A stretch of 64,000 bases of DNA from Candidatus Sumerlaeales bacterium. GTDB taxonomy: Bacteria > Sumerlaeota > Sumerlaeia > Sumerlaeales > Sumerlaeaceae. Positions 20,337 to 29,075 of this stretch are shown piece by piece; position 1 is the stretch's first letter, and the number at the start of each line of letters is the position of its first letter. Location: NCBI GenBank assembly GCA_036675025.1, contig JAKFFN010000055.1, positions 10,752 through 74,751 of the forward strand, written 5' to 3'. A program made the translations under genes and the position numbers. Under the pieces are notes generated by a model. That model saw only the letters and a program-made list of their open reading frames with translations. It was not told where the DNA came from and ran no database searches.

Positions 20337-20702
20337 TTACTCCCAATCGATTCTGGGTGCATCTCCCCACAGTCTTTCGAGGTCAAAAAGCTGACGCGAG
20401 TCGTCCAGCATCGCATGGACCATAACATTGCTATAGTCGAATACCATCCAACCCGTGCCACGTTCACCGTCCACCTGGCCAGCTTTCAAACCATGTTCCC
20501 GCAGTGCTTTTTCAATGCGCGTACCGAGCGCCCGCAAATGGATTTGGCTGGTGCCGCTGAAAATCACAAAGAAATCTGTAATATTGCTAAGTTCCCGCAA
20601 ATCAAGAATCACTATACGTTCAGCTTTGCCTTCACTTGCCGCACTGGCAATAAGTTCTGCCCTCTGCATGCCAGTCATGCTGTTTTTTACGGGTACGGTC
20701 AA
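20337..20702 (-). CDS. rsfS: ribosome silencing factor RsfS (Iojap)
   Basis: 121 aa with 'DFFVIFSGTSQIHLRAL', 'GWMVFDYSNVMVHAM' and 'FDLERLWGDAP'. Confidence 0.9.
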   Translation of the reverse strand: MTVPVKNSMTGMQRAELIASAASEGKAERIVILDLRELSNITDFFVIFSGTSQIHLRALGTRIEKALREHGLKAGQVDGERGTGWMVFDYSNVMVHAMLDDSRQLFDLERLWGDAPRIDWE

Positions 20703-21260
20703 TTAGCTCTCCAAAGATTCTATTGTTTTATATATTCCCGGATGCGGTTTTTGATCTCTTTGAATTAAATCTTCTATTTTCCGGTTCAGCACTACTCGAA
20801 GACCCGTTCGCAAGTCTTTCCTGACAATTGCCCGTAATTCCTCAACATGCGGCTGCATTCTCGTTGGCTCCGCAAAGTCTGCACACATGATAATCTGTAA
20901 GGTTTTCGAAGGATTTTCACAGCCCAGGGTGTGATGTTCGACAGCCTGAAGTATGTCTGCATCTGTAATTTTGTAAACTGTCCGGGCAATCCAGGCTCCC
21001 ACTTTTCCATGCCATATAGCGGGGTAGTCGTAGTCGCACGCATCAAGGATAATGGCACCATGTTGCACCAGGCGCAGTGTTTCCTCCCGGTTTACGTGCT
21101 TAGCACAATCATGCAGGAGCGCAGCAGCCGTGAGTTTGCCAGGATCACCCCCATGAAGTTTTCCCAACGCCAGTGCGGTCTGTAATACTCCGAATATATG
21201 GAGAAGTCTATAGGGTTTTTGATTACGCTTAAGATCAGCGACAATGACGTCAGGAATCAT
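20703..21260 (-). CDS. yqeK: HD-domain bis(5'-nucleosyl)-tetraphosphatase YqeK
   Basis: 'HIFGVLQTALALG...AALLHDCAK' HD motif. It abuts the rsfS start with no gap, the canonical yqeK-rsfS order. Confidence 0.85.
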   Translation of the reverse strand: MIPDVIVADLKRNQKPYRLLHIFGVLQTALALGKLHGGDPGKLTAAALLHDCAKHVNREETLRLVQHGAIILDACDYDYPAIWHGKVGAWIARTVYKITDADILQAVEHHTLGCENPSKTLQIIMCADFAEPTRMQPHVEELRAIVRKDLRTGLRVVLNRKIEDLIQRDQKPHPGIYKTIESLES

Positions 21261-21561
21261 CAGTCAAACTGCTTGACGTGGATGGTCTTGGGAAACATTT
21301 CAGTTTCTACAAATGTCCATCCGCAGGAATTCTCGCCAGTACCATCGGCGCTTTTGTCCAGTTCGCGATCACTTCTATTGAATCTGCTGTAAGAATCTCA
21401 CTGTCTAATGCAACGATAAAGTGTATAAGTGCAATAAAGCGAAGTCGATAACCCTGCGATGAATTCGGCATTATAGTTGCGTATGTTGGGCCGAAGCCCA
21501 TAATTGATATTGTAGAACCACCCTAGTTTACCCGCAGTGATAGTTAAGGAGATTCCCACTC

Positions 21562-23775
21562 ATGTCACACAGATTCCGGATTGCCACATTAACGGTAAGT
21601 GCGTGCGTCTTTGCCTCGCTGGCATTCGCCCAGCCGGGGCGGGAAGATATGTCAAAACGCGAACGCAAAGAAGCGCGCCAGGCGGAACGGCAGCAGGATA
21701 GCCGCCAGCAGCAGTCAGGCAGCCAGGAGCGCCAGCAGCAGGAGAGCCGGCAGCAGGTAGAGCGTCAGGCCCGCCAGCAGCAGGAACAATCACAGAAGGC
21801 TGAACGCCAGGCTAGCCAGCAGCAGGCGCGTCAACAGCAGGAACGTCAGCAGCAGGAAGAGCGTGCCCGCCGGCAGCAGCAGGAGCAATCGCAAAAATCT
21901 GCCCAGCGCGAGGCTCAGCAGGAGCGACAGGCCGCTCAGGAGCGTGCAAAGCAACAGCAGTCTCGTGAACAGGCAGAACAGCGCGCCTCCCAGCAGCGCG
22001 AAAAGCAGCAGGAGGCAGAGCGCCGTCAGCAGCAGGAGCAGTCACAAAAGGCAGCCCAACGCCGTGAACAACAGGAGCAGCAGGCCAATCAGCAGCGCCA
22101 GAAAGAACAGGCTCAGGAGCAGGCGGAACGCCGTGCAACTCAGCAGCGGGAAAAGGAATTAGAGCAATCTCGCAAGCAGGAGCAGGACCAGGCTAAACGC
22201 GAGGCTCAACAGCGCGAGCAGCAGGAACGGCAGGCTGGTCAGCAGCAGGAAAAACAAGCTAAGCAAGAGGCTGAACAGGCCCGCAAAGCACAGCAGCAGG
22301 CTGAACAGGAAGCCAAACGCCAGGCTCAGCAGGAGCAGAAGGCTGCTAAAGGCCAGCAGCAGCAGGGACAGCAGCAGCAGGGTCAGCCGACTGATCGCAA
22401 GGCTGAGCAGCAAGCAGAACGAGCTGCGCGCCAGGAATCCGAGCAGGCTCGAAAGGCACAGCAGCAGGCCGAACAGGAAGCCAAGCGCCAGGCTCAGCAG
22501 GAGCAGAAGGCCGAACAGGATCGCCTGAAAGCGGAGCAGCGCGCACAGAAAGCCCAGACCGAGGAAGAACGTAACGCTGCCCGCCAGGAAGAACAGGCAG
22601 CCCGCAAACAGGCAGACGACGCCCGCAAGGCTCAACGGCAGGCCGAGCAGGACGCAAAGACAGCTGCGCAGCAGCAACAGCAGACCGCGCAGCGTGGCCA
22701 GCAGGATCTACAGCAGGGAGACAAGCAGGCGCAGAAGGAAGCACGTAAAGCTGAAGAGCAGCAGCGGCAGGCAGAGCGCCGCCAGGCCAAGGAAGAGCAG
22801 AAGCGCCTTGCCCAGGAAGCTAAAGGTCAGGAGCAGGCTGCAAAACAGGCTGCCAAGGAAATCAAGCTTGCCGAGCGTCGCGGCACTACAGCTGACATCG
22901 TTGGCGCCACAACAATGGTAGATGACGATGGTCAGCAGGTGGCAACTGGTCTTTCTAAAAAGGAACGTCGGAGGCTTTCCGCTGATGGTCGCCAGGCACT
23001 GAAACAAGCTGAGCAGGCACATAAGGTACTTGAGCAGGCGCTCCGTCGCGATGAAAAGGGTAAAAAGCTCAGCAAGGCACAACAGGCTGTATTGGTTGGA
23101 GCAGACGTCCTGCCAAGTAATTTAAGCAACGACAGATATTTTAACCACCTGTCTAGCGACGATGCCAAGATTGTAATCAACAACATCAAGATCAAGAATG
23201 TTAACAAAGACATCGACATTATCAACAATGGCGTCTGGAACCAGTTCCAGAACAACATCATCCCTGACCGCTATCGCCCCTATGGTGATTATGGCAGGAT
23301 CAATGCGCCGCTACATTACATTGACGATTACGACCCATACTTCCTGCCGCCGCCTGCACCTATCGGTGGTGGAGGCCTGGAGTTTGGTTTCGAATGGAAC
23401 TACTGGGACGGACACTCTTACTATGATCATGGGTATGCCAGCGACCTCTTTATTAGCATAGGTCACACCCGCTACAACGGCTATGACGGCATTGTTACCG
23501 GTGGTCGTTATTGGAGCTACGGCCATGGTTGGATCGATGGCTGTATCGACTACGGTCACCGCCGCATGTGGGTTCCGGGCTTCTGGGCCCCTTATACGGT
23601 AGAAGAATGCGGAACGGTACCCATCTGGCTGCCCCCGGTTTACGAAGACGTGTGGACCGGCTGCTGTTGGGAGCGTATCCAGGTCGATGGCGGATACTTT
23701 GTACCGTCGCCGCCAGAGTGTCACCTGGTTACTCGCTATACCTGGATTCCAGGCCACTACGAGTATTACTACTAA
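21562..23775 (+). CDS. secreted protein: signal peptide + ~430-aa Q/E/R/K/A low-complexity helix + aromatic/Gly/Cys-rich C-terminal domain
   Basis: Signal 'MSHRFRIATLTVSACVFASLAFAQ'. 'QQQE(R/Q)Q...' runs cover residues ~30-455. The C-terminus carries 'WVPGFWAPY' and 'WIPGHYEYYY'. A terminator follows. Confidence 0.7.
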   Translation: MSHRFRIATLTVSACVFASLAFAQPGREDMSKRERKEARQAERQQDSRQQQSGSQERQQQESRQQVERQARQQQEQSQKAERQASQQQARQQQERQQQEERARRQQQEQSQKSAQREAQQERQAAQERAKQQQSREQAEQRASQQREKQQEAERRQQQEQSQKAAQRREQQEQQANQQRQKEQAQEQAERRATQQREKELEQSRKQEQDQAKREAQQREQQERQAGQQQEKQAKQEAEQARKAQQQAEQEAKRQAQQEQKAAKGQQQQGQQQQGQPTDRKAEQQAERAARQESEQARKAQQQAEQEAKRQAQQEQKAEQDRLKAEQRAQKAQTEEERNAARQEEQAARKQADDARKAQRQAEQDAKTAAQQQQQTAQRGQQDLQQGDKQAQKEARKAEEQQRQAERRQAKEEQKRLAQEAKGQEQAAKQAAKEIKLAERRGTTADIVGATTMVDDDGQQVATGLSKKERRRLSADGRQALKQAEQAHKVLEQALRRDEKGKKLSKAQQAVLVGADVLPSNLSNDRYFNHLSSDDAKIVINNIKIKNVNKDIDIINNGVWNQFQNNIIPDRYRPYGDYGRINAPLHYIDDYDPYFLPPPAPIGGGGLEFGFEWNYWDGHSYYDHGYASDLFISIGHTRYNGYDGIVTGGRYWSYGHGWIDGCIDYGHRRMWVPGFWAPYTVEECGTVPIWLPPVYEDVWTGCCWERIQVDGGYFVPSPPECHLVTRYTWIPGHYEYYY
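22273..22511 (+). repeat. two ~71-nt near-identical copies inside the Q-rich gene
   Basis: 22273..22343 and 22441..22511 both encode 'EQARKAQQQAEQEAKRQAQQEQKA'. The copies start 168 nt apart. Confidence 0.85.
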
Positions 23776-23798
23776 GTCCTGGTTCGAACTAATCATGA

Positions 23799-23834
23799 GC
23801 GGAGGCTGCCATTACGGCTGCCTCCGCTTTTTTC
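23799..23834 (+). terminator. rho-independent terminator
   Basis: GCGGAGGC...GCCTCCGC stem followed by TTTTTT. Confidence 0.8.
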
Positions 23835-23871
23835 TTTGAAACCTTTTTCTCGCCGGTGCTTTCCTCTTAGT

Positions 23872-26778
23872 ATGACATCGACCCGCGTACTTCCAGTAAT
23901 TGTACTGCTTCTATTTGCGTTGAATTTTACCGCAGCTGCGGCTGAAACAACCACGCCTCAATCCAACCTGACTACTTCGTCTCTAGTCTCGCAGCAGAAG
24001 GCTCCGAATTCACAAACTACGAGTTCGTTAAAAGATCTGGTCTCGTTGTCGGATGGTGCCCAGACTACACCTCCTTTAGTAGCCAAAACAACTGAGACCC
24101 TAAAGCGGAATTACGACCAGATAGCTCCTGACGAGGATGCAACCACCCGCAGTTACTCCGAAGTGACCGCAGTGGCAAAGGACCGCGAACGCATTGAGTG
24201 GCTCCGGTCAGCAGCCATTAGCGACGATTACGAAGAAGATAAATCAGCCGACTTTCGCCTGTACCGCAATCTTGTTCCAGGTAACGAAGACGACCCGGGG
24301 GAAGGTGCGCGTTTTGTGCCGACTCGAGACATTTATGGCGCCAGCATTGGACGTCAACCTGTAGGACCATTGTCAGGGCGCATCATTTACGCAAGTGCTG
24401 GTCATGGCTGGACAAATGACAACACAAGTACGTCGCTGTGGTACACCCAGCGGCCTATAACATACGGCATGATAGAGGACTTTGGTAACCTCGACCAGAT
24501 GAATCTCTATGCCGACCTTTGTTTCCGGGCCGGCGCAACCATCGTTCCCATACGGCCTCTTGGGTTTCAGCATGTTGAACGCGTAATTGATAACGTAAGT
24601 GAGCACGCAGGGTTCCACGGGGAATGGGCAGATTCCCAATCTACCGCCTCCTTCGGATTTGCGGGCGCCGAAATCCCTTATCGTTTCGCGCGCGCTGCTG
24701 CGGAAGAATCATCTGTTGCGCGGTTCAGGCCGGTAATTCCTATTACAGATCGTTACCCCGTCTACTGCTGGGCGCGGGCTGGCGCGGATCGCGTAATACA
24801 GACGTATCGCGTCGTACACGCCGGCGGTGTCAATGAGGTCGATATCGACCATCGCAAAGTTGGTAACGGCTGGGTTTACCTCGGCAGCTACATGTTTGAA
24901 AAAGGCAACGGCGGCTACGTAGAGATAACCAATCGCGTTCGCGATCCCCAGCTTGCGGCCGAGCCACGGGTTGTTATTGCAGATGCTATCCGCTTTGGAA
25001 ATGGAATGGGCGACGTTAACCGTGGCGGCGGTATCAGCAGGCACCCGCGCGAAGAGGAATCCAGCCGCTACTGGACAGAAAGAGGTATTGCCGAAGCGGT
25101 GCCTCCAATATACGATGCATTTAAAGGTGAAGGTGACCAGGGTAATAACGTAGGCTCTGCTCCGCGCTATGCAGCACACATGAACCGCGAAACCAATGGT
25201 GACTTTTTCGACCGGCTTTTCATGAGTTTCCATTCAAATGCAGTGGGAGGCCGCGGCGTAATGGGGCTCTATAATGCTCACGCCATCCTGCGGCCGGATC
25301 ACCAGATCGAGCTTGCGAAGCTCGTGGCAGATGAACTCAACGCAGAAATGACGAGCGTAGGTCTTCAGTTGAACGATACTTGGAATGTGCGCCCGGTTCG
25401 TACCCAGGCCCACATCAATTTTGGTGAGATCCGCAAAGACTATCTTAACAATGAAATGTCGGCAACAATAGTTGAAGTCGCGTTCCACGACAACGCAGAA
25501 GATGCTGCGCTCATGCGATTACTCTCTGTGCGCGAGGCCATGGCAGAGTCCGCCTACCGGGCGACGCTGCGATATTTTGCTGAAGTCGGCAAGAAAGACG
25601 TTAAGCTCTACACGCCACCGTCGCCGCCAGTCCTGAGATATGCAGTGCAATCTGCCAAAAAGGGAGCGGCAGATCTTGCCTGGTCACCCGCAACGGAAGA
25701 TCCCCTTTCCTCAAAAACCGGGGCGATCCGGTATAAAATTTACCAGTCAAAAGACGGTCTGGCCTTCGACGACGGAACTGACGTCGGTTCACGAACAGAA
25801 TACACTCTTCAGGATCTGAACGAACAGGAACCTGTCTATGTCCGCGTAAATGCGGTCTCTGATGGCGGTGAGAGCAAACCTTCTACGGTGCTGGGAGTTA
25901 GCGTATCAAGCGGGCCTCGCGTTTTGATTGTTCAAGGTGCACCCACTGTGCTAGACGATTCCGTGCTGTCACAAACCGAAGAAGCTCATTTGGGGTGGCC
26001 GCTGAGGGACGGAGGCTCCTTCGTCAGACTGGTGCCGCACATCATGAACAACCGCGAGCAGATCCGCACAATAGGCGCCGGTATAGATCGCCTCAATGTC
26101 GGCTTCGAATCTATGGATATGGCTACGTTCCTCACCCAGGCAGTCATTCCTCAAAAGTACCATACCATCGCTATCCAGATGGGCCGAAGCCCAATACCCG
26201 ATGAATTGGCTACAACAAAGGTTCTTACTGGCCTGCACGATCATATCACGTCCAACGGCCGGCTGCTGCTTTCTGGCGCCTGCCTGGCAGAATGTGAAGG
26301 ATTGCAGCCCGACTCCCTTGCTCGATGGGGCGCTTTTGTTACGAACGCGCTGCAGACTGGATTTGATCCGCAAACCACGCTTACAAAAGTGATTAAGTCG
26401 GGAGATCGCGATCTCACCACAGTTACTCTCAACATTGGTAGCAGGTCGCTTCGCTACTTCGAACCACGACCTACGGAAGTTCTCTCGCCGCTGGAAAACG
26501 GAAGACCGGTTCTGGCATACGACAGTTTTAAGGGAATAGCTGCCGTGGCTACACTGAAGGAGAAGGCTCTTAGAACGGTTACGGTGGGCTTTCCCCTGGA
26601 GGAACTCGATGATCGGCAGGAGCAGGAGGTACTCGTCGCCCAGATCCTTACGGCAATGGGTCTTGAGATACAACCAGCTGCAAGCCTGAAGATAACCACG
26701 ACAGATCCGTCGGAATCCAAAGTGAAAATCACTGACGCAAAGCCTGGTACTGGCAAAGCGGCCGGCGCTGGCAAATAG
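23872..26778 (+). CDS. secreted N-acetylmuramoyl-L-alanine amidase (Amidase_3-like) with large insertion, FN3 domain and C-terminal domain
   Basis: Signal 'MTSTRVLPVIVLLLFALNFTAAAAE'. Amidase_3 elements are 'SAGHGW', 'FMSFHSNA' and 'TIVEVAFHDNAEDA'. FN3-like segment 'LAWSPA...YKIYQSKDG...YVRVNAVSDGGES'. Confidence 0.7.
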   Translation: MTSTRVLPVIVLLLFALNFTAAAAETTTPQSNLTTSSLVSQQKAPNSQTTSSLKDLVSLSDGAQTTPPLVAKTTETLKRNYDQIAPDEDATTRSYSEVTAVAKDRERIEWLRSAAISDDYEEDKSADFRLYRNLVPGNEDDPGEGARFVPTRDIYGASIGRQPVGPLSGRIIYASAGHGWTNDNTSTSLWYTQRPITYGMIEDFGNLDQMNLYADLCFRAGATIVPIRPLGFQHVERVIDNVSEHAGFHGEWADSQSTASFGFAGAEIPYRFARAAAEESSVARFRPVIPITDRYPVYCWARAGADRVIQTYRVVHAGGVNEVDIDHRKVGNGWVYLGSYMFEKGNGGYVEITNRVRDPQLAAEPRVVIADAIRFGNGMGDVNRGGGISRHPREEESSRYWTERGIAEAVPPIYDAFKGEGDQGNNVGSAPRYAAHMNRETNGDFFDRLFMSFHSNAVGGRGVMGLYNAHAILRPDHQIELAKLVADELNAEMTSVGLQLNDTWNVRPVRTQAHINFGEIRKDYLNNEMSATIVEVAFHDNAEDAALMRLLSVREAMAESAYRATLRYFAEVGKKDVKLYTPPSPPVLRYAVQSAKKGAADLAWSPATEDPLSSKTGAIRYKIYQSKDGLAFDDGTDVGSRTEYTLQDLNEQEPVYVRVNAVSDGGESKPSTVLGVSVSSGPRVLIVQGAPTVLDDSVLSQTEEAHLGWPLRDGGSFVRLVPHIMNNREQIRTIGAGIDRLNVGFESMDMATFLTQAVIPQKYHTIAIQMGRSPIPDELATTKVLTGLHDHITSNGRLLLSGACLAECEGLQPDSLARWGAFVTNALQTGFDPQTTLTKVIKSGDRDLTTVTLNIGSRSLRYFEPRPTEVLSPLENGRPVLAYDSFKGIAAVATLKEKALRTVTVGFPLEELDDRQEQEVLVAQILTAMGLEIQPAASLKITTTDPSESKVKITDAKPGTGKAAGAGK

Positions 26779-26855
26779 TCAAATGCGCTATCCAGTTGCC
26801 GCTGATGAGATTTGTTATATAAGTTACTCGAGTCTACGCAAAGAGGGTAATTTCG

Positions 26856-27323
26856 ATGTCGGGTAAACTACGAATTGTACTCAGCGAAACCATAGCAGCC
26901 ATTTTGATTGTGGCTACTGTTCATAGTGTTTCCGCACAGTATCCTAACACGGCAAACGCTAACCGTGCCCGGTACCAGCGCTCTGTGGCTGGTGTAAGTG
27001 GCGGAAGTAATGCAAGAACCGTTTCCGGCAACGCCAGTCTTTCAGGTGTGCGCGTGGGCCTAAGCGGATTTATGGCTGATATGGGTCGCATGCCAACGTC
27101 TGCTGAAGGTCTCCAGGCCTTAATAAAACGTCCCCCCGGTGCTACCAACTGGAGAGGCCCCTACATCAGCGTTACAAACGCCAAACAGCCGTTTGCTGAT
27201 CCGTGGGGCATGCAGTATCGGTACACCCAAACGCCGGCAGGTAGCCGCTTCATCTATACGATCGCTTCAAACGGTCCGGACAGGATGCCCGGAACCAGAG
27301 ATGATCTGCAAATCCAATTCTAA
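26856..27323 (+). CDS. GspG/pseudopilin-like protein with degenerate class-III signal
   Basis: The C-terminal T2SS-G fold motif is 'MPTSAEGLQALIKRPPGATNWRGPYI...PFADPWGMQYRY...YTIASNGPDRMPGTRDD'. The N-terminus 'KLRIVLSETIAAILIVA' resembles G/FTLIE but lacks the Gly. Confidence 0.6.
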   Translation: MSGKLRIVLSETIAAILIVATVHSVSAQYPNTANANRARYQRSVAGVSGGSNARTVSGNASLSGVRVGLSGFMADMGRMPTSAEGLQALIKRPPGATNWRGPYISVTNAKQPFADPWGMQYRYTQTPAGSRFIYTIASNGPDRMPGTRDDLQIQF

Positions 27324-27379
27324 TACAGGAAGCCGGCACTAAGACGGCTAAGCGGTCAGTTCGCGCCTCCAGCCGCAAC

Positions 27380-27706
27380 TTAGAAAATCACCCTTACCAT
27401 CCGCTTAAGCTCTGTCCACATTGCTTCGGGATCAGTAGTTCCAAAAAGTTGATGCAGAGCAAACCACGTTACAGAAACAAGTACTGCGCTGATGACCAAT
27501 GTGCGCAGGCAGCCGAATACGGAAAACCGGCGCCGCGGAATCGCTGCCTTTTCCGGAATGCGAGCCTGGAATTCCTGGAACTCCAGCTGGCATTCCATGC
27601 TGCAGAAGCGCCCACCTTCCGCGTTACACTGATCACACAGCGGCTTCCCGCATCTGCGGCATTCGTGAAGCGCCCGTCGTGTCGGGTGATTAATACAATT
27701 TGCCAC
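27380..27706 (-). CDS. B-box-type zinc-finger protein with C-terminal TM anchor
   Basis: 'CINHPTRRALHECRRCGKPLCDQC...RFCSMEC' Cys/His array plus the TM segment 'TLVISAVLVSVTWFAL'. Its start overlaps the GT4 gene stop by 17 nt. Confidence 0.5.
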   Translation of the reverse strand: MANCINHPTRRALHECRRCGKPLCDQCNAEGGRFCSMECQLEFQEFQARIPEKAAIPRRRFSVFGCLRTLVISAVLVSVTWFALHQLFGTTDPEAMWTELKRMVRVIF

Positions 27707-29030
27707 GATTTTTGCCCCTTAGTATCTGTGCCAGTTCTTCCGCTTGGCGCTGACGCGTATAGCTGTTTATTAGCGATTCATTGCGTTTGAAAGTCACACG
27801 CCCGAGAAACAACTCGAATAGCGTCTCTTTAATTCTGAAAACATTGTCTGGCGCTATTACAACTCCTGCCCGTGTACGTCGCACAAGATCAGCAAGGGCT
27901 CCCGGCGGTGCGACAGCCAGAATTGGTTTGTCCGCAGCAAGATACTCGAAAATCTTCTGCGTCAGCATAATGTGACTGTTCGGATTCTCTCCCTCAAGCA
28001 CCAGCAGCGCGTCCGCACTCTTTTGCAGACTTAGCGCATCCCGCCAACTGCCCATTCCCCAGTTGATAATCACCCGCTCCAGATTCAGGTCGCGGATCAT
28101 AGCCAGATGTTCTGGCTTCATATTGCTCCGGAAGATTACCTGGAAATTATCGGTCAGCCCCGGATACGAATCCAGCAAACCGCGCACAGCCGCAAAGAAG
28201 CTATCCGGTGACCGCTGCATAAACATGGTACCTGTATAAGCCAGGGTAAACTTATCGAATTCCATCTTTGGCACATCAGAAAGATCAGTTGGATCAAAGC
28301 CATTTGGTAATAGAACAACATTTCCCCGACCAGATAGCGTGGCGAGGTGGTCAACAATAGGAGAACTCACACCAGTTAAAGTGTCTGCCCCCTCTGCTAC
28401 TCTCTGTTCCAAACTGAAATTGACCTGCCGGTGAAGCGGCGTCACATAGTCCGCAAAATAGGGGTTTTGTGTCCAGCCATCGCGGAAGTCCGCATGCCAA
28501 TGGATGTTGTAGCGGCGCTTCAGGTAAAGCCCGATCAGGTGCGTACTGTTTGGGTAGGACGACGTTAGCACATACCGAATGGCCTGGCTGCGCAATAGAT
28601 GTTCCGCCATTGGAATCGCGGTCAGAAGCCACGGCATACGGTCGTCCGGCAAGGCCATAATACGGCGCGTGAAGCTTGCAGAGCCACTAAGCATGCGGCT
28701 GCGCAGGGTAACTGTCTTAGGCGGAGATTTTACGGGCGGTGCCGCATGATCCAGTTTTTTGCGAACAACTCTGACAGGGGAGAGGACCTGATTCAACATC
28801 GCTGCTGCATGGTCAAAGTCCGGGCTGGGAGTTCGAATAACCTGGTAGCCGCAGGCTTCTACTTCCTTTAGCCCATCCACATCAATTGCTGATCTACCGT
28901 TAGGGGTTGCAGAAAGTATGACAGGCTCAAAATCGTGATCAGGCAGATACCGGGCAAGTTTGGTTATCCTGCGGACCCCAGATAGGGTAGGGGGGAAGTC
29001 ATAATTAATAAGAAGGATGCGATCCTTCAT
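27690..29030 (-). CDS. glycosyltransferase family 4 (GT-B)
   Basis: 'ILLINYDFPP' N-terminus and a C-terminal E-x7-E-type region 'LVLEGENPNSHIMLTQKIFEYLAADKPILAV'. Confidence 0.8.
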   Translation of the reverse strand: MKDRILLINYDFPPTLSGVRRITKLARYLPDHDFEPVILSATPNGRSAIDVDGLKEVEACGYQVIRTPSPDFDHAAAMLNQVLSPVRVVRKKLDHAAPPVKSPPKTVTLRSRMLSGSASFTRRIMALPDDRMPWLLTAIPMAEHLLRSQAIRYVLTSSYPNSTHLIGLYLKRRYNIHWHADFRDGWTQNPYFADYVTPLHRQVNFSLEQRVAEGADTLTGVSSPIVDHLATLSGRGNVVLLPNGFDPTDLSDVPKMEFDKFTLAYTGTMFMQRSPDSFFAAVRGLLDSYPGLTDNFQVIFRSNMKPEHLAMIRDLNLERVIINWGMGSWRDALSLQKSADALLVLEGENPNSHIMLTQKIFEYLAADKPILAVAPPGALADLVRRTRAGVVIAPDNVFRIKETLFELFLGRVTFKRNESLINSYTRQRQAEELAQILRGKNRGKLY

Positions 29031-29075
29031 AAAATGCAGGGATGCGGTGGTGTGCCTGGCGTTACAGTTATGCTT

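Noticed and set aside
21307-21501. 64-aa ORF upstream of yqeK (considered as a nadD remnant)
   Set aside because: It has no NadD motifs and no RBS, and it lies in a divergent promoter spacer. The evidence is insufficient to call a gene or a pseudogene.
22159-22744. 172-aa Leu-rich and 132-aa Pro/Ala-rich minus-strand ORFs
   Set aside because: They are antisense shadows of the CAG/GAG/GCC-rich low-complexity tract of the Q-rich gene, where CAG reads as CTG (Leu) on the other strand.
25969-26673. 234-aa minus-strand ORF
   Set aside because: It is antisense to the amidase-family gene and has no motifs or translation signals.
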